A DNA stretch of 64,000 nucleotides from Geosiphon pyriformis uo1 (Eukaryota; Fungi; Glomeromycota): the NCBI GenBank assembly GCA_016748015.1, contig JAAOMT010000067.1, positions 208,070-272,069 on the forward strand, read 5' to 3'. This document shows, piece by piece, positions 27,559-39,893 of this stretch. The notes under the pieces were generated by a model. That model did no database searches. It was given only the letters and a program-made list of their open reading frames with translations, and had not been told where the DNA came from. Within the stretch, counting starts at the first letter, position 1. Every line of letters starts with the position of its first letter. Made by a program: the position numbers and the translations under genes.

Positions 27559-28194
27559 ATGAAAATACCAGATTATATTCACACATTAACTCAACAATTG
27601 TTTCAGGCTTTAAGTTAACAGCAAGTGAACATAGAAATTATCATCAACAACCAAACAATTTGCTATCAAAACACCAAACAAAAAGGAAAAAGTACACCAT
27701 ATCAGCGACTACAAAAACAATTAATAAACTGGTTAGATAAAATAATAGAGAAAGTAAAAAACACTTTTGGAAAGATAATCATCACAGTTCTAACAAAAAA
27801 ATTGGCAAAAAAAAATTGAAACAAATAAATAGACCAACTTTCAATACCATACTACTACTATTAATTGAAATAAAAAATAGATATTCAGAAGTTATATCTT
27901 GACAAATCCAAGAGAATCTTTAATCAAAAAATAATCTGGAACATTAAAGACATTATTGGAAAAAAAACAAATTTGACACTACACATTAGAACCATTTATC
28001 AACTACACATTATATTTTAAAACTACTTAGAAGTATTGTTACACTCTAACATAGAAACAATAACCATTAACCAATAGAGAAGAATAAACAACTCACAAAT
28101 TGAAGAAATAAAAAGTAGAGTGGAACAGATGCTACTTAAAAAAAAAGTATTTGACATAATTCAAAATAAGAATTTTGATGAAGCTCAATATTAA
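27559..28194 (+). pseudogene. Element C extra ORF (unknown protein) between integrase and PPT
   Basis: MKIPDYIHTLTQQLFQ...FDEAQY* aligns with MEITDNIHSLAQQLFQ...FD.AQY* of elements A and B. Confidence 0.75.
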
Positions 28195-28207
28195 AAGAAG
28201 GAGATAA

Positions 28208-29085
28208 TGTTACTCATAAAAAAGAAAAAACAAATATAGAAAATAGTAGACCAATAGGAGAGTAATAGTTAGCACATAAGCACATTGTTTAGCAATATAG
28301 AGCAATGTTAGAAATTACAGCACATTGCTTAGCAATATAGAGCAATGTCAGAAATTAGGGCACATTGCTCAGCAATGTGGAGCAATATTAGAAAATTAGG
28401 GCATATTGCTCAAGAAATTATAGCATATTGCTCAGGAATGTGAGTGATCTCATAGAACATCAATTATATATATATATAGTGATAGCATTAGAGAAAAAAA
28501 AACAGACCTCTTAATTTAGATTTAATCTAAGCAACCTTCTATTCACAAAATATCAATAAATAATTATTCACTATCTCAATCCACTTTCCATTATCAACAC
28601 TTCATGTTGATAGTAATTAATACTTAACCACATTGGAATAATAGCTCTTGATCATGGCTATTGACAAAATACTAATATTTATTGTCTTGGCTTATTTCTT
28701 TTATTTTTTTTTTATTTTTTTTTGTCATTTTTTTTATTGTACTAAGTTGATTAAAAAATAAAAGTACTGAATTATTGATGTCAAAGATAGCCTGGTAAAA
28801 AACCCTAAAGGAAAGGTATAACATTAAAAATTTAAGGATAGCTTATCAGAAGAGCATCTCTGTTAGATTACTGGCCACTATACTGAGAAAGAAATTAGAT
28901 GGAGTTGTGATTCCAGGAGGCTACTGAAAACAACCATTAAATCTCTGTTTATTATATAAAGAACTCAACAAAAAAACCTTCAGATAACAGAAACCTTCAA
29001 AAACCAACACCCATCATTAGATCAATTGAGTACCAAGTTATGGATTTGTTATTTGTCTTAAGACCCTAAATAATCACTTGTAATA
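28208..29085 (+). repeat. 3' LTR of element C, preceded by PPT (AAAAGAAGGAGATAA)
   Basis: TGTTAC...GTAATA; purine tract 28193-28207. Confidence 0.9.
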
Positions 29086-31153
29086 CCAGTTATCATGCTA
29101 AAGAAAAAAATTTGACGGAATTGTAATTCTGGAAGGCTACTGATAAAACAACTATTAAATCTCTGTCCATTATACAAAGAACTCCAACTCAAATCTTCAG
29201 ATCATGAAAACCTTTAGAAACCAACATCATTATAATTATTAAGTACCAAGTTACCAGTTTGTTATTTACTTTGAGATTCCAAATAATTATTTGTAACAAT
29301 ATTAAGACTGTTTTTTAGTTTGTGCATAGTTTCTTGAATGTAAAATTAGTATTAAAAAACAATATAAAGCTTTTTTGTATGAAGTTTGCTTCTCAAGTAT
29401 GTTTGAAAACTGCATTTTTGGTTGAGCTTATGAGCTTTGTTTATTTGGCCATTCTTAAAATTGCAAAGTCTCTGGTAGTTTCTAAGTCTGGTTCTTTTTT
29501 TGCTGCTGTTGTACTGCATAATATATCTTTGGATGTGTTTGCTGCTAATATTAAAGCAGCTCTTAATGTGTTTGGTAGTATCACTTATATTGTGCTAAAG
29601 TCTGTTGGTGTTTGATAGTATATAGTTGTTTATTTTAATAAGTTAAACTCTGCTATGTCCACTTTGAATTATTGGTCAGTTTTGGTGGACAAAAATAGTA
29701 TTAAAATCCTCTCTTTAATGAATTAAAATGAGACTATTCTGTTTTATAATAGGTTTAAAGCCAAGTTGATTAATCTTTTTTCTGGCTGCATAGCTTTTGA
29801 AATTAATGATATGATTTTTCAAGTTGATAGTCAGACATGTTTTATTCTTTATTCTCTTGAGTCTGGTTGTTATTTCCAGTTTGCTTTGGTTATATTTGGT
29901 TTCTAAGCTGATTTAGATTCTGCTGTTGTCAAAACTAGTATGTTAAGGAAGTGTCATATTTAATAAGAAATCTCTGGTTGTTAGCATTGTTTTAAGTGTT
30001 AAGAGTTAAACCATCTGACTGTGGACTGTAAAGTTTCTTTACTTTTTTTTTCCAAGTCTCTCAAGATGTTTACATTATGCTTTGTTGGCTTTAAGTTTTA
30101 TGTCAAAACTTCTGTTTTTTTAAGCTCTTCTGGATTTCTATTTCTGTTATCTCTTGTTTTTTTTTTAGTTGTTGTTGGTAATTTTTTGGTGCTGTCTCAA
30201 TTGTTTTTTGGAATCTGATTTAACTAAGCTTTCTGTTTTGATTGAGTCTATTATTAAGCCTATTGGCTCTTTGGTTACAATTTTTAAACAGTTTATTAAT
30301 GAAAATTTGGTTTTAAGTAGTGCTCTTAGTCTTAAAATCAATAAAGTTTTGGTGCATATAGGTTTTTTTAGTAAGACTGTTAATAAGTTGAAAAAAAATG
30401 TGGTTTCTTTAAAAAAAAGTGCTGCATAAAAGATATTAATATGTCTGGTAATTTGGAGCATCTAATTGGCATGGATAATAATATATTTTCTAATTTGATG
30501 TTTTTTTGAACTTATGAACCTGTTTATATCAAAACTGATTCCTTAAAAATGACTAAATAACTGGTTAGATTGGTTCTTAATAGTGTTATTTTGTTTAGTA
30601 TTGTTTAAAAAATATCATTTTTGGATAAGTTTTCTTCTGTTATATTAACATAGTATAGTCTAAACTGGTTTAAGTAACTGGTTACATGTAGAAAACATGT
30701 GAACTATACTTAGCCCTAAAACACTTATTTTGTTTCTAATTTCTAATTAGTGATTGGATTTTGCTTGTTGAATTTTAATAAAAAAAAACAATATTAAGTT
30801 TTTTTATATAAAATTTGTATTTTAGATTTTTTTTAAATAATAAAATTAAACTTATTAATTTTTTTTTATTGTTTTTAAAATTATTATTATAATTCTGATT
30901 TTTATAATATTAAAAATGATTTTGAAAATTTTTTATGTTAATTTGTAAAAAATTTAAAAATTTTAAGTTAATTTGATATTTACAATTATTGTTAAATAAA
31001 AAACAGTATATTAATAATATTATAAAAAAACTTTTTTTTTTATGTCCAAATTCTCCAAAAAAGCAATTTTTTCAAAAAAGAAGTTTTTGTTTTTATCTTC
31101 CTGCTTATATTTTTTTCAATATTTCTTAAGCTAATAATTCTTTTATGATAAAT

Positions 31154-32954
31154 ATGAAGACTGCTACAAATAGCAATATGTCAAAAAAAAAGACTTTTAA
31201 GAGTGTTTTTAATGATTTTGTTAATAGTATTTTTTTTCAAAAAAAGAGAGTTTTTGTTAATAATATTAAGTATTTTGGAGATAAAAAGAAAATTTCTTTG
31301 GTTAAATCTGGTATTAATAATGTTACAATAGGTTTGAGTGGTGGTTTTTTTCTCAGTTTGGCTGCAATAATTCTTAAAGCTAAGAAGTTTAATACAAGTT
31401 TAAATAATGGCTTTTCTATTGGTATAATTGACTTTAGAATAAATGAGATAAAAAATTTTTTTAATATTTCTCTTAACAAAAAATAGGTTGATCTAAAGAT
31501 CATCAAAACTTAAATTAAAGTGCTTATTAAAAAATTTTTTGCTCTTGATATTAATCTCTCTGCAGTAAAAAAAAATTAGTTACAGCAAAAACTTAAATAA
31601 TTAAGAAATTTTTTTTAGCAATCAATGATTTTGGAAAGATTACTACTTCCTCAAAATTTAAAAAAAATCATCAGATCAACATTTACATTAAAAAAAAGCA
31701 TGAAAAAAACTGCTTTACTGGTCAAAAAAAAATGTATTATTGTAAACAAAGATCTTAAAAAACAAGAAATATGTTCAGATCAAGCTGTGGTAATCAAAAA
31801 AATTCTTATAAATATGCTAAAAAAAATAATTGTCACTATAATTGCTGAGTATAGTCAAATTGTGTTAATCAAATTTCAACTAATTAAGATATAGCAAAAA
31901 GCTGTGGTAAAGTTTACTGAATTAGAACAAACAGATCAACTGACAGCAAAATGGTCATTTTTAATTAGAAAAAATTTAATACACATAACCAAAGCTATGA
32001 AAAATTGTAATATCTGAACATTAAAAGATTGGTTCAAGACACTTTTGTTTACCTTATTGGTAAGAACAACTGCACATAATTTTAAAAAAAACTGGTAAAA
32101 AAATTTGCATTATTAATTACTTATTTGAAATTGACAATTGGGTTTGCTGTGCTGTAGTTGGTTTTGAATCAAATGAGAAGCTGGAGTCTATTTTTTGCAC
32201 AAAGCCAATTTTTGGTGATGTAAAACTCTTATGGACTAAAATAGATTTGATTTGGTGTGAAAAGTATGAAAAGTTCAGACATTTTGCTTTAAAGTATAAT
32301 ATGACAGATGCATCTATTTTTAAGTCTTTAAAACTATTTAAAAAAATAGTTTCAAATATAGATTATTTTCAGCTGGCCAAGTTGTATACAAAGAAAAATG
32401 TTCCTATTTTTTATTCTGCTACTTTTGATGACAAATCTTGGATCCAAGTGGTTTTACTTACTATATTTTCTAAAGATACTTGTTTTGGTCTTGGTTCTGG
32501 TTTCCTTTTTTTTGGTATATCATACAGTATAAAAAGTTTATCTGTTGCTTAGATTTATTTATTTATTGGTGCTTACTTGGTCTTCTTGAAATGTTCTTTG
32601 AAGCTGTTAGTTAATCAAGTATTTAACATTGTATAAAAATTAAGCAATATGAATTTGGTGTCTCTGGTGTCTGTTTTTCAACTTCTGTCTTTTTTAGTGT
32701 CTGTTTTTTTAGAGTCAAACTTAGATTTAAATATGGTTCTGAATAACCTATTTATGTTATCTGTTCTTCTTTCTTCAGTTGCAAATAATATGGTTTTAGT
32801 TTTAGGTATAAGTAAATCTAAGGTTCTTATTACTAAAGTGAATAAACTGAAATCTAAAATAGTGGCTTTCAAAGTTTTTATTAGTACAGTTTTGGCAAGA
32901 TTAAATCAATTGTGTATTAGCTTAGGTTTTTTGGTGTTTTTTTTATCTCAATAA
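31154..32954 (+). pseudogene. LINE3 ORF1
   Basis: IIRSTFT, DQAVVIKKI, IKFQLI, CEKYEKFRHFALKY (decayed knuckle), SKVLITKV; ends SQ*. Confidence 0.8.
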
Positions 32955-33210
32955 GTAATTTGGTATGAAAATTTGTTATATGCAATATTTGAGGTATTAA
33001 TGTTTTTGCCAAGCAAAAAAATATTGTTTATTGACATATAAAATCAGGAAATATGGTTTTTTTTGTGACTGAAATAAAACTAAGATCTAATATTAAGCTA
33101 TAAATTGCTAATAAATATAATAGAATATGGGTTTTTACATCTGGTTTGAAAAAAAGTTTTTTTAATACTAATATGATTATTATTATAGACAATTCCTCAG
33201 CTTAACATGT

Positions 33211-34151
33211 TGTTATGGGTAAACTTGGTGGAGTATGGTGATAACATTTAGTGCTCTAATTTAGTATTCTATGATTGTATGTTTTTCACAGAGTTAATGT
33301 TTATTAGTCTCTAAAGGTCTTTTCTGGATGAAAATTTACCTGTTGAGTTCTTTGGATATAAGGCACAGAGTTTTGGTTTTTGCTGATTGCAACTTTTTAT
33401 AATGGTGAGCTTTTTTTTCTAAGCTAACAAGCACAGTTGTTAGAGTCCAGCATTGTTTTTTTGCCTTTCTGGTAAGCTATTAAGATAATGTTAATATCCA
33501 AAAACCTAAGGAGAGCTTCTCTCTTTTACCAGGCTATCATAAAGTCTATTTTCAGACAGTCAATTTTTTTATGTTGCTGCTTCACAAAAGAAAAATAAAA
33601 AAAATAAAAAAAAATAAAAAAAAATAAAAAAAATAAAGAAAATAAAATAAGAAATAAGTGTTCTGTCAATAGCTGTGATCAAGAGCTATTGTGCCAGCAG
33701 ATTAAATAATGGATAATAACATAGATTTAAAGAATTGAAGAGATATTTTATTAATATAATTCTATTTCAGTTAATAGTAACTATTCTTAAAAAGAAGAGT
33801 ATTTAATAATTATGGCCTGTGAGTCTAATTGACTTTGAGAGTTTAATTAACTCCTAAAAGTCTAATTTTTTTTCTAGATGTCTTTTTAACTTCTACAGCT
33901 ACTTGCTTTTATACATTTTTTTGGTTTTACAGAATTGCTTTCAATTGCTTCACTATTACTAGCTATTGCTCATTATTGCTAACTATTGCTTATTATTGCT
34001 AGCTATTGCTTGTTATTACTAGTTATTGCTTGTTATTGCTAGCTATTGCTCATGTTTGTCTTGTGTTACCTTAAGTTGTATCATATTTTTCTTGTCATGT
34101 TTCTTTGTCACATTTTTCTCATGACTTTTTGGTTTTTCTACTTGGGTAACA
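33211..34151 (-). mobile_element. Solo LTR
   Basis: TGTTAT...GTAACA with perfect TSD ATGT (33207-10 / 34152-55); middle segment shared with LTR 17998. Confidence 0.9.
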
Positions 34152-37100
34152 ATGTTTTAAAGATTAAGGAAGTTCCTAATTGCATTATTTTAGTGTGGCT
34201 TCTTTTTAAAGGCAAGCTTTCAGTTATGGTTTTAGGTTTATATGCTGGTGCTTCCACTGAGACTAAGTTTGGTTAGGCTTTAAAGGTCAATTTTTTCATT
34301 GTTAATACTGTTAACTCTAGTACTTTTATAGTCTTAAGTAAAAATTTTAACAAAAATAGGTCTAAAAAAAGTACAAGTTTTAAATTTTGTTTGGATTTAG
34401 ATTTGATTAACTTATTTAGTGGATATTTTTTAGTCAAAACATCAACTTAAAGCAATTAAAGAGATATTAAGAAAGTTATAGATTATATTTTTGTGAGTAA
34501 AAGCTTATTGTTTACAATTGTTAATTATAATGTCAACTCTGTATTCATATTCTTTAACATTAATTACAAGGCTGTTTTGGTATTAATTAATTTGGGTGGT
34601 CTTTTGGATGTTTGTTTAAACAGTGTGTGCAAACAAACTAATAGAAATTGTTGGAAGTTCAAAATCAAAAATATAGATAATGCCAAGTAAATACATTTTA
34701 AAAATTGTTTTTTTACCAAACTTTTGGCAGTAAACAATAAGTTTTCAGATGTTAAAGTTAGTAATAATTTGGATGCTATGTAAAAACTGCTAAAAAAAAC
34801 AATAGTAAAGTTAACTAATACAATATTTTCTAGACTTTGGTTCAGTAAGTTTTAGTGTTCAAAAAACAGGCTGTTTTCTAAGTTTTATGGTTTAGAATTG
34901 CTTATTGCTAAGATAGTTAGAAGATTGAACTTGAATAATATGCTTAAATTTGTTTATTTTGTTAAGAAATAGTCAATTTTGAATAATAATAAAACTCTCA
35001 AGATTGTGAACATAATTCAAGATAGTGTAAAATTGCCTAACATTATCAAACATTTGTCAGTAGTTTAAAAAAAGTACAGAAAGTCTAAAATATATAAGTC
35101 AAGATTGACTAAAAAAACATCTATTAAGAAGACTATTGAGAAGCACATAAAAATTTCAGTTCTAATAAAAGAGGTATAATTAGAAGTATTTTGGATCAGC
35201 TATTTTGCAAAGTAGTACTGTATTACTTGGTAGTGAATAGTAAATTGGTTCTTGAACTAAAAAAAATAAAGCTCAATATTAATAAGATTATAGAAGACTA
35301 AACAAAAAAGCAAGCTATGCTTCTAATGATATCTGATTTTTGGGCTTGTCAATATGTACTATTGAATTATGTGAATAATGATATTTTTGCTGATGTGATA
35401 AAAAAAATCAGTATGAGTAAATTGCTTTTGGTAATTAACAGTCTGCCTAATAATAAAGCTGCTGGTTTGTTTAGCATTCCTAATAAACTTTGGAAACATA
35501 GTAGTAATAAAGTGGTGGTGTGTCTTTTGGAATTGTTAAATACATGTATATCCTTTGGTAATATTTTTGTTTTGCAGAGAAAAGCATGGGTCTTAATAAT
35601 TTCTAAACCTTATAATTGAGATGGAGTTTTGACAAAAATTTAACTTATTGCTTTGATTAAAACTACAAAAAATATTTTTTTCAAAGTTCTATTTTATTGG
35701 ATTTTATTTACATATAACAAGTTTGGTGTTTTTTAGAATAATAATTTTTCAGTTTTAAAAAGTACATCTATTTAGTCTTCTGTGTTTGTTATTGAATTAG
35801 TGATTAAAAATGTTTTAGAAAAAAATAGGAAGTTTTGGTTGGTTCTATAGGATGTACACAAAGCATATGACTCAATTGGTTGGCATTATTTAAAAGCTAG
35901 CTTGGGGTAAATCAAAATATATAATAGGTTTATTAGATTTTTTGGCAACATAAATGAAAATAGAATCAATAGAATAATAACAGATTTTGGTCTATCAGGT
36001 GACTATAAAATACATAATAAATTAGATTAGAGTGAAGTTTTCTTACCTCTTCTTTGGAAAATTTTTTATGATTTATTTTTGTGTGAAGTTAAATGGCATA
36101 AACATTAGTATAGATACTAGATCAATTCTAATTTTGTAGTAAAAACTAGTAAAATTGAGAATAATGATAAGATGTTATCTTTTTTTTTAGCTGATATATT
36201 TGTTGATAACACAATTTGGATTAAGAATAGTTAGACTTCTATATAGTATGTTTTGAATATTGCCAGTAAATTTTTTATAATCAATAATATTTTAATCAAC
36301 AATAAGAAAACAATGGCTATTCTTATCAACTAAGATGTCAAAATTGTTTTTTTAAAAATTAGTAATCTGTCAATTTTGATTGCCAAAAAAAGCAGAGTAT
36401 ATTAATATCTGAATATTTTTTTGTTAACTAATAAGTTATCTATTCAGATGTTTGTTTCTTTGTTAATACAGTGCTTAAAAAAACTGTTATAAACAAGCAG
36501 TTTTCTTATTTAGTTTTGGCTGTATTGTAGTTTATAGTTAGTTATAGAACTTAGTTTAGTTTTATTTTATCAAATGTGTACTACAAGTGAGATATTATGA
36601 TTAGAAAGGATCTTAAGTCTAAGACTAGTTTGCCATATAATTTTCTTAATGAGACTTTATATCATCTTTTTTTGTATAATTTAAAGCTATTTAAGCAAAT
36701 GCAGTCTGAAAAAAATTGCCTGCTTTGGTTATCTTTTCTAATGCTTTGGATATTTTTAACTGTTTATTTAATTACAGATTCTTAAATCTGCAAATTTTGG
36801 GTTGAGCTCCTTTAAATTCTTTGCAGTTTTTTATTAAGTTATGTGTTAGTCTAATAAACAATTTTTTGGCTGGAATAATAAAAATCTTTTTAAACAATAA
36901 GTTGTCTTTAATAAACAATCTGTTTAATATATTTCATAGTCCTGATGAGTTTTTAATATCAATAATTTTGGGAAAGTCTTTGTATCTTGGTTTTGTTTGT
37001 TCTTTGAAGCAGTTTGAAGTTGCTTTTAACAATAGACATGTTAATAAAAAAAATACTATAATAAACTGAAAGACTTTTTATTATTGGAAAAAATTAAATC

Positions 37101-37704
37101 TTAGGGATTTTGTGCCTTATTGATTTGAGCTTATATTAAATTTTTTGCATAATAAAAGTTTTCTGTTAATTAATACAGTTAAGACTAATTGGTTGTTGGA
37201 CTTGAATATTTTAGAATCTAAAGAGTTGTTTAATATACAGTATGGTTTGCATAAGATTTGGTCAGATTCAATTGATGTTTATACAAATGATTTTTTAAAG
37301 GATATTGGTTTTCCCAATATTGCTAGTGAGGTGTCTGTGTATTTTCTAGCTGTAAATATGGATATTGGAATTAGTATACGTGAGCTTCTGTTTTGTACTA
37401 TGGCTGAGTTACAAACTGTTGCTTTATTTTTGAAATGTGTTTTGTTTTTCTGTACAATTGCTTTACATCTTAACAGCCAAGTTACTATTAATATGTGTGT
37501 TTTTGAGTTAATATTTACTACACTAGACTTTTGTAATTTATGCTAAATAGAAAAAAGACATATTGTTAATTTAATTAAAGATAAAGATCTTACTATGAGT
37601 TGGATGAAGATTAAAAATTATTTGGAGATCTATGACAATATAAAAACTAATGTGATGGTTGGCAAGACTGCTTATTTTCTTTTTTTTTACCATTAGGAGT
37701 ATGA

Positions 37705-38566
37705 TATTATAGGTAATTATTTGGAGTATTGGTACAAATAACAAACCCATAACTTGGTGCTTAATAGTTGATATGATTGATAATTTCTAAAGGTTTTTAT
37801 AATCTAAAAGTTTTGGTAAAGTCTTTTGTATAATAAACAGAGATTCAATGGTTGTTTTAGTAGTCTTTCAGAATAGTTATTTTATCAAATTTCTTTCTTC
37901 AGCATGGTGGCCAGTTTATTCTGGCAGCTGTGCTCTTCTGATAAGCTATTCTCAATTTTTGAGTTCTCTACTTTTATTTCTAGATCTTTTACCAGACTAT
38001 TTTTGATGTCAAAATACTTAATACTTAATCTTTTTAATCAATTTAATAAACAGCAAAGAAACAAAACAAAAAAAATAAAAGAAATTAGTATTCTGTTAAT
38101 AGCCATGATCAAAAGCTATTGTTTTAATGTAATTAAGTATTAAATATTATTAACATAAAGTGTTAATAATAGCAAAATAGTCAGAATTTTTAATCAAATG
38201 ATAATAACATGGATTAGATATTTTGATGAATTCACTTTGGTTAATAGTAACTATTTAAGAAATATAAATTAATAAATAGATAGAAAAAAAGATGCTAAAA
38301 TTTAAACTAAAATTGAAATGGAATTGAATATTTTTCTTGCTTTTAATGCTACTGCTATATATATAATTTGTATTATACAAAATTTTTGAAATCTTGCAAT
38401 TTCTTTAAAGAAATTCTGAAATTCTGAGATTCTAGAATCCTGTAATTTTTTATAAAGAATCTTGAAATTCTAAGATTTTGAAATTCTGCAATTCCTCTGT
38501 TACTACACCTATTTTTGATTGGCTATTTTTTTAACTATATAATACTCTTACTTTTTATCAGTAACA
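37705..38566 (-). mobile_element. Solo LTR (GGAATTCC-repeat type)
   Basis: TATTAT...GTAACA; TSD ATGA/ATAA; homologous to the LTRs of A and B. Confidence 0.88.
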
Positions 38567-38892
38567 ATAAAAACATTTTTTGGTGGCTGAGAGCACAGCT
38601 GTATCTGACAATACTCATTATTTTGTTTATAATTTATATGGTTCTATTTGTTATGTTTATTAAGAAACTGGCTTTAGCTATAATGTAATTTCAAGTGCAC
38701 TAATCAAAAAAGTAAATTGGATAACTACTGTAAAGGTATGGCATTCTGATTTGTACATGCTTTCTGAGTTTATTAGTAGAAAGTTAGCAAATCTGCACAT
38801 GTATTTAATAAAAGCTGTATATAGATAATTGTCAGTAATAGTCAAAAAAAAATTGTATAATAAAAAATATTTTGATGTACTGTGTTTGCTGT

Positions 38893-39893
38893 TGTTATGG
38901 GATGGTTTTCTTGTTATATTTAATTGCTAATATCCCGCTTTAATTGCAATCAGTCTTTCGTGAGTTCCTCAATTCTATTTGTGTGATAATGTCACTGTTA
39001 CACTGAAGGCTTTCTTTTTACTGTTGTGATGTAAGTTATTCTTTAATTTTTGATTGTTGTGTGTGTTTATGTACTCCTTCTCAGAGGCTGAACTGAAATC
39101 TACCCACTGTCTGGGGTCTTCTCTGAGGCTATCTTTGCAATTGCCTGANNNNNNNNNNNNNNNNNNNNNNNNNNNNNNNNNNNNNNNNNNNNNNNNNNNN
39201 NNNNNNNNNNNNNNNNNNNNNNNNNNNNNNNNNNNNNNNNNNNNNNNNNNNNNNNNNNNNNNNNNNNNNNNNNNNNNNNNNNNNNNNNNNNNNNNNNNNN
39301 NNNNNNNNNNNNNNNNNNNNNNNNNNNNNNNNNNNNNNNNNNNNNNNNNNNNNNNNNNNNNNNNNNNNNNNNNNNGAATAATCTTGATCAAGGATTATTC
39401 TTCCAAGAGATTCAGTTGATGAATGATAGTTTCATTCAATAAATAATACAAGTAAGTTTCTTAATACTTTGGGTTGTGATAGTTCAGTTTTAAATATTCT
39501 TTTTCATTTCTTTTTGATTTTAAAGGTTTCTTGGGATATTTAATTTGAAAGTATGATTTAAAGTGGAGTTTGTTGGATAAAATTGGATTTATTGCTTGAT
39601 AAGTTATGATTTTTATTACTTGATTTATTCTTTCCCAATATTAAAACTACTGTATATATACATGTTTGTAGTTCTACGAGAAAATACTTTCTTTTTGATA
39701 TTTCAACCTGGTGTTTGCTGCTATCACCAGTTGGTGTTGGCTGCTATTGTGAACTGGTGCTTGCCACTATCGCGAGATGGTGTTTGCTACTATGTTAATC
39801 ATTACCTTTCTAAGATTATTACTGTGCTATATTATGATTGAATAGTTTGTATTATTTTTATGATTCTTTTTGCTAAATTCTTAAACCGTAACA
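38893..39893 (-). mobile_element. LTR of a second family spanning an assembly gap (solo LTR or collapsed element)
   Basis: TGTTAT...GTAACA with perfect TSD CTGT; first ~170 nt nearly identical to 63829-64000; strand inferred from the TATA-like context. Confidence 0.85.
39149..39375. other. Assembly gap (N run)
   Basis: Run of N. Confidence 1.

Larger units (their letters stand above)
18504..29085 (+). mobile_element. Ty3/gypsy LTR retrotransposon C (composite: truncated LTR 18504-19184, LTR 19185-20027, internal region, 3' LTR 28208-29085)
   Basis: PBS after 20027, PPT before 28208, domain order gag-PR-RT-RH-IN; TSD CTAG (18500-03) / CCAG (29086-89). Confidence 0.9.
17998..29298 (+). mobile_element. 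Outer solo LTR, split into 17998-18503 and 29086-29298 by later insertions
   Basis: TGTTAT...GTAACA ends; TSD ATGT (17994-97) / ATAT (29299-302); the halves join at the CTAG/CCAG site seen intact in other LTRs. Confidence 0.8.
17216..30653 (+). pseudogene. ORF1-like protein of the ORF1-only element (coding parts 17216-17997 and 29303-30653)
   Basis: Fragments 17411-17740, 17753-17997, 29322-29615, 30021-30218, 30169-30429; W-S-V-L-V-D-K-N-S-I segment resembles LINE ORF1 WSILIGKDAVRV. Confidence 0.75.
17200..30790 (+). mobile_element. ORF1-only (half-LINE-like) non-autonomous retroposon interrupted by an LTR-element stack at 17998-29298
   Basis: ORF resumes across the insertion (..FKIKLAY/V KTVF..); CFKC*ELNHLTVDC knuckle; stop 30651-53 followed directly by the LINE-type tail and A-run; no ORF2; 5' end approximate. 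Confidence 0.82.

Noticed and set aside
38975-39419. ORFs containing X runs
   Set aside because: Artefacts of the N gap
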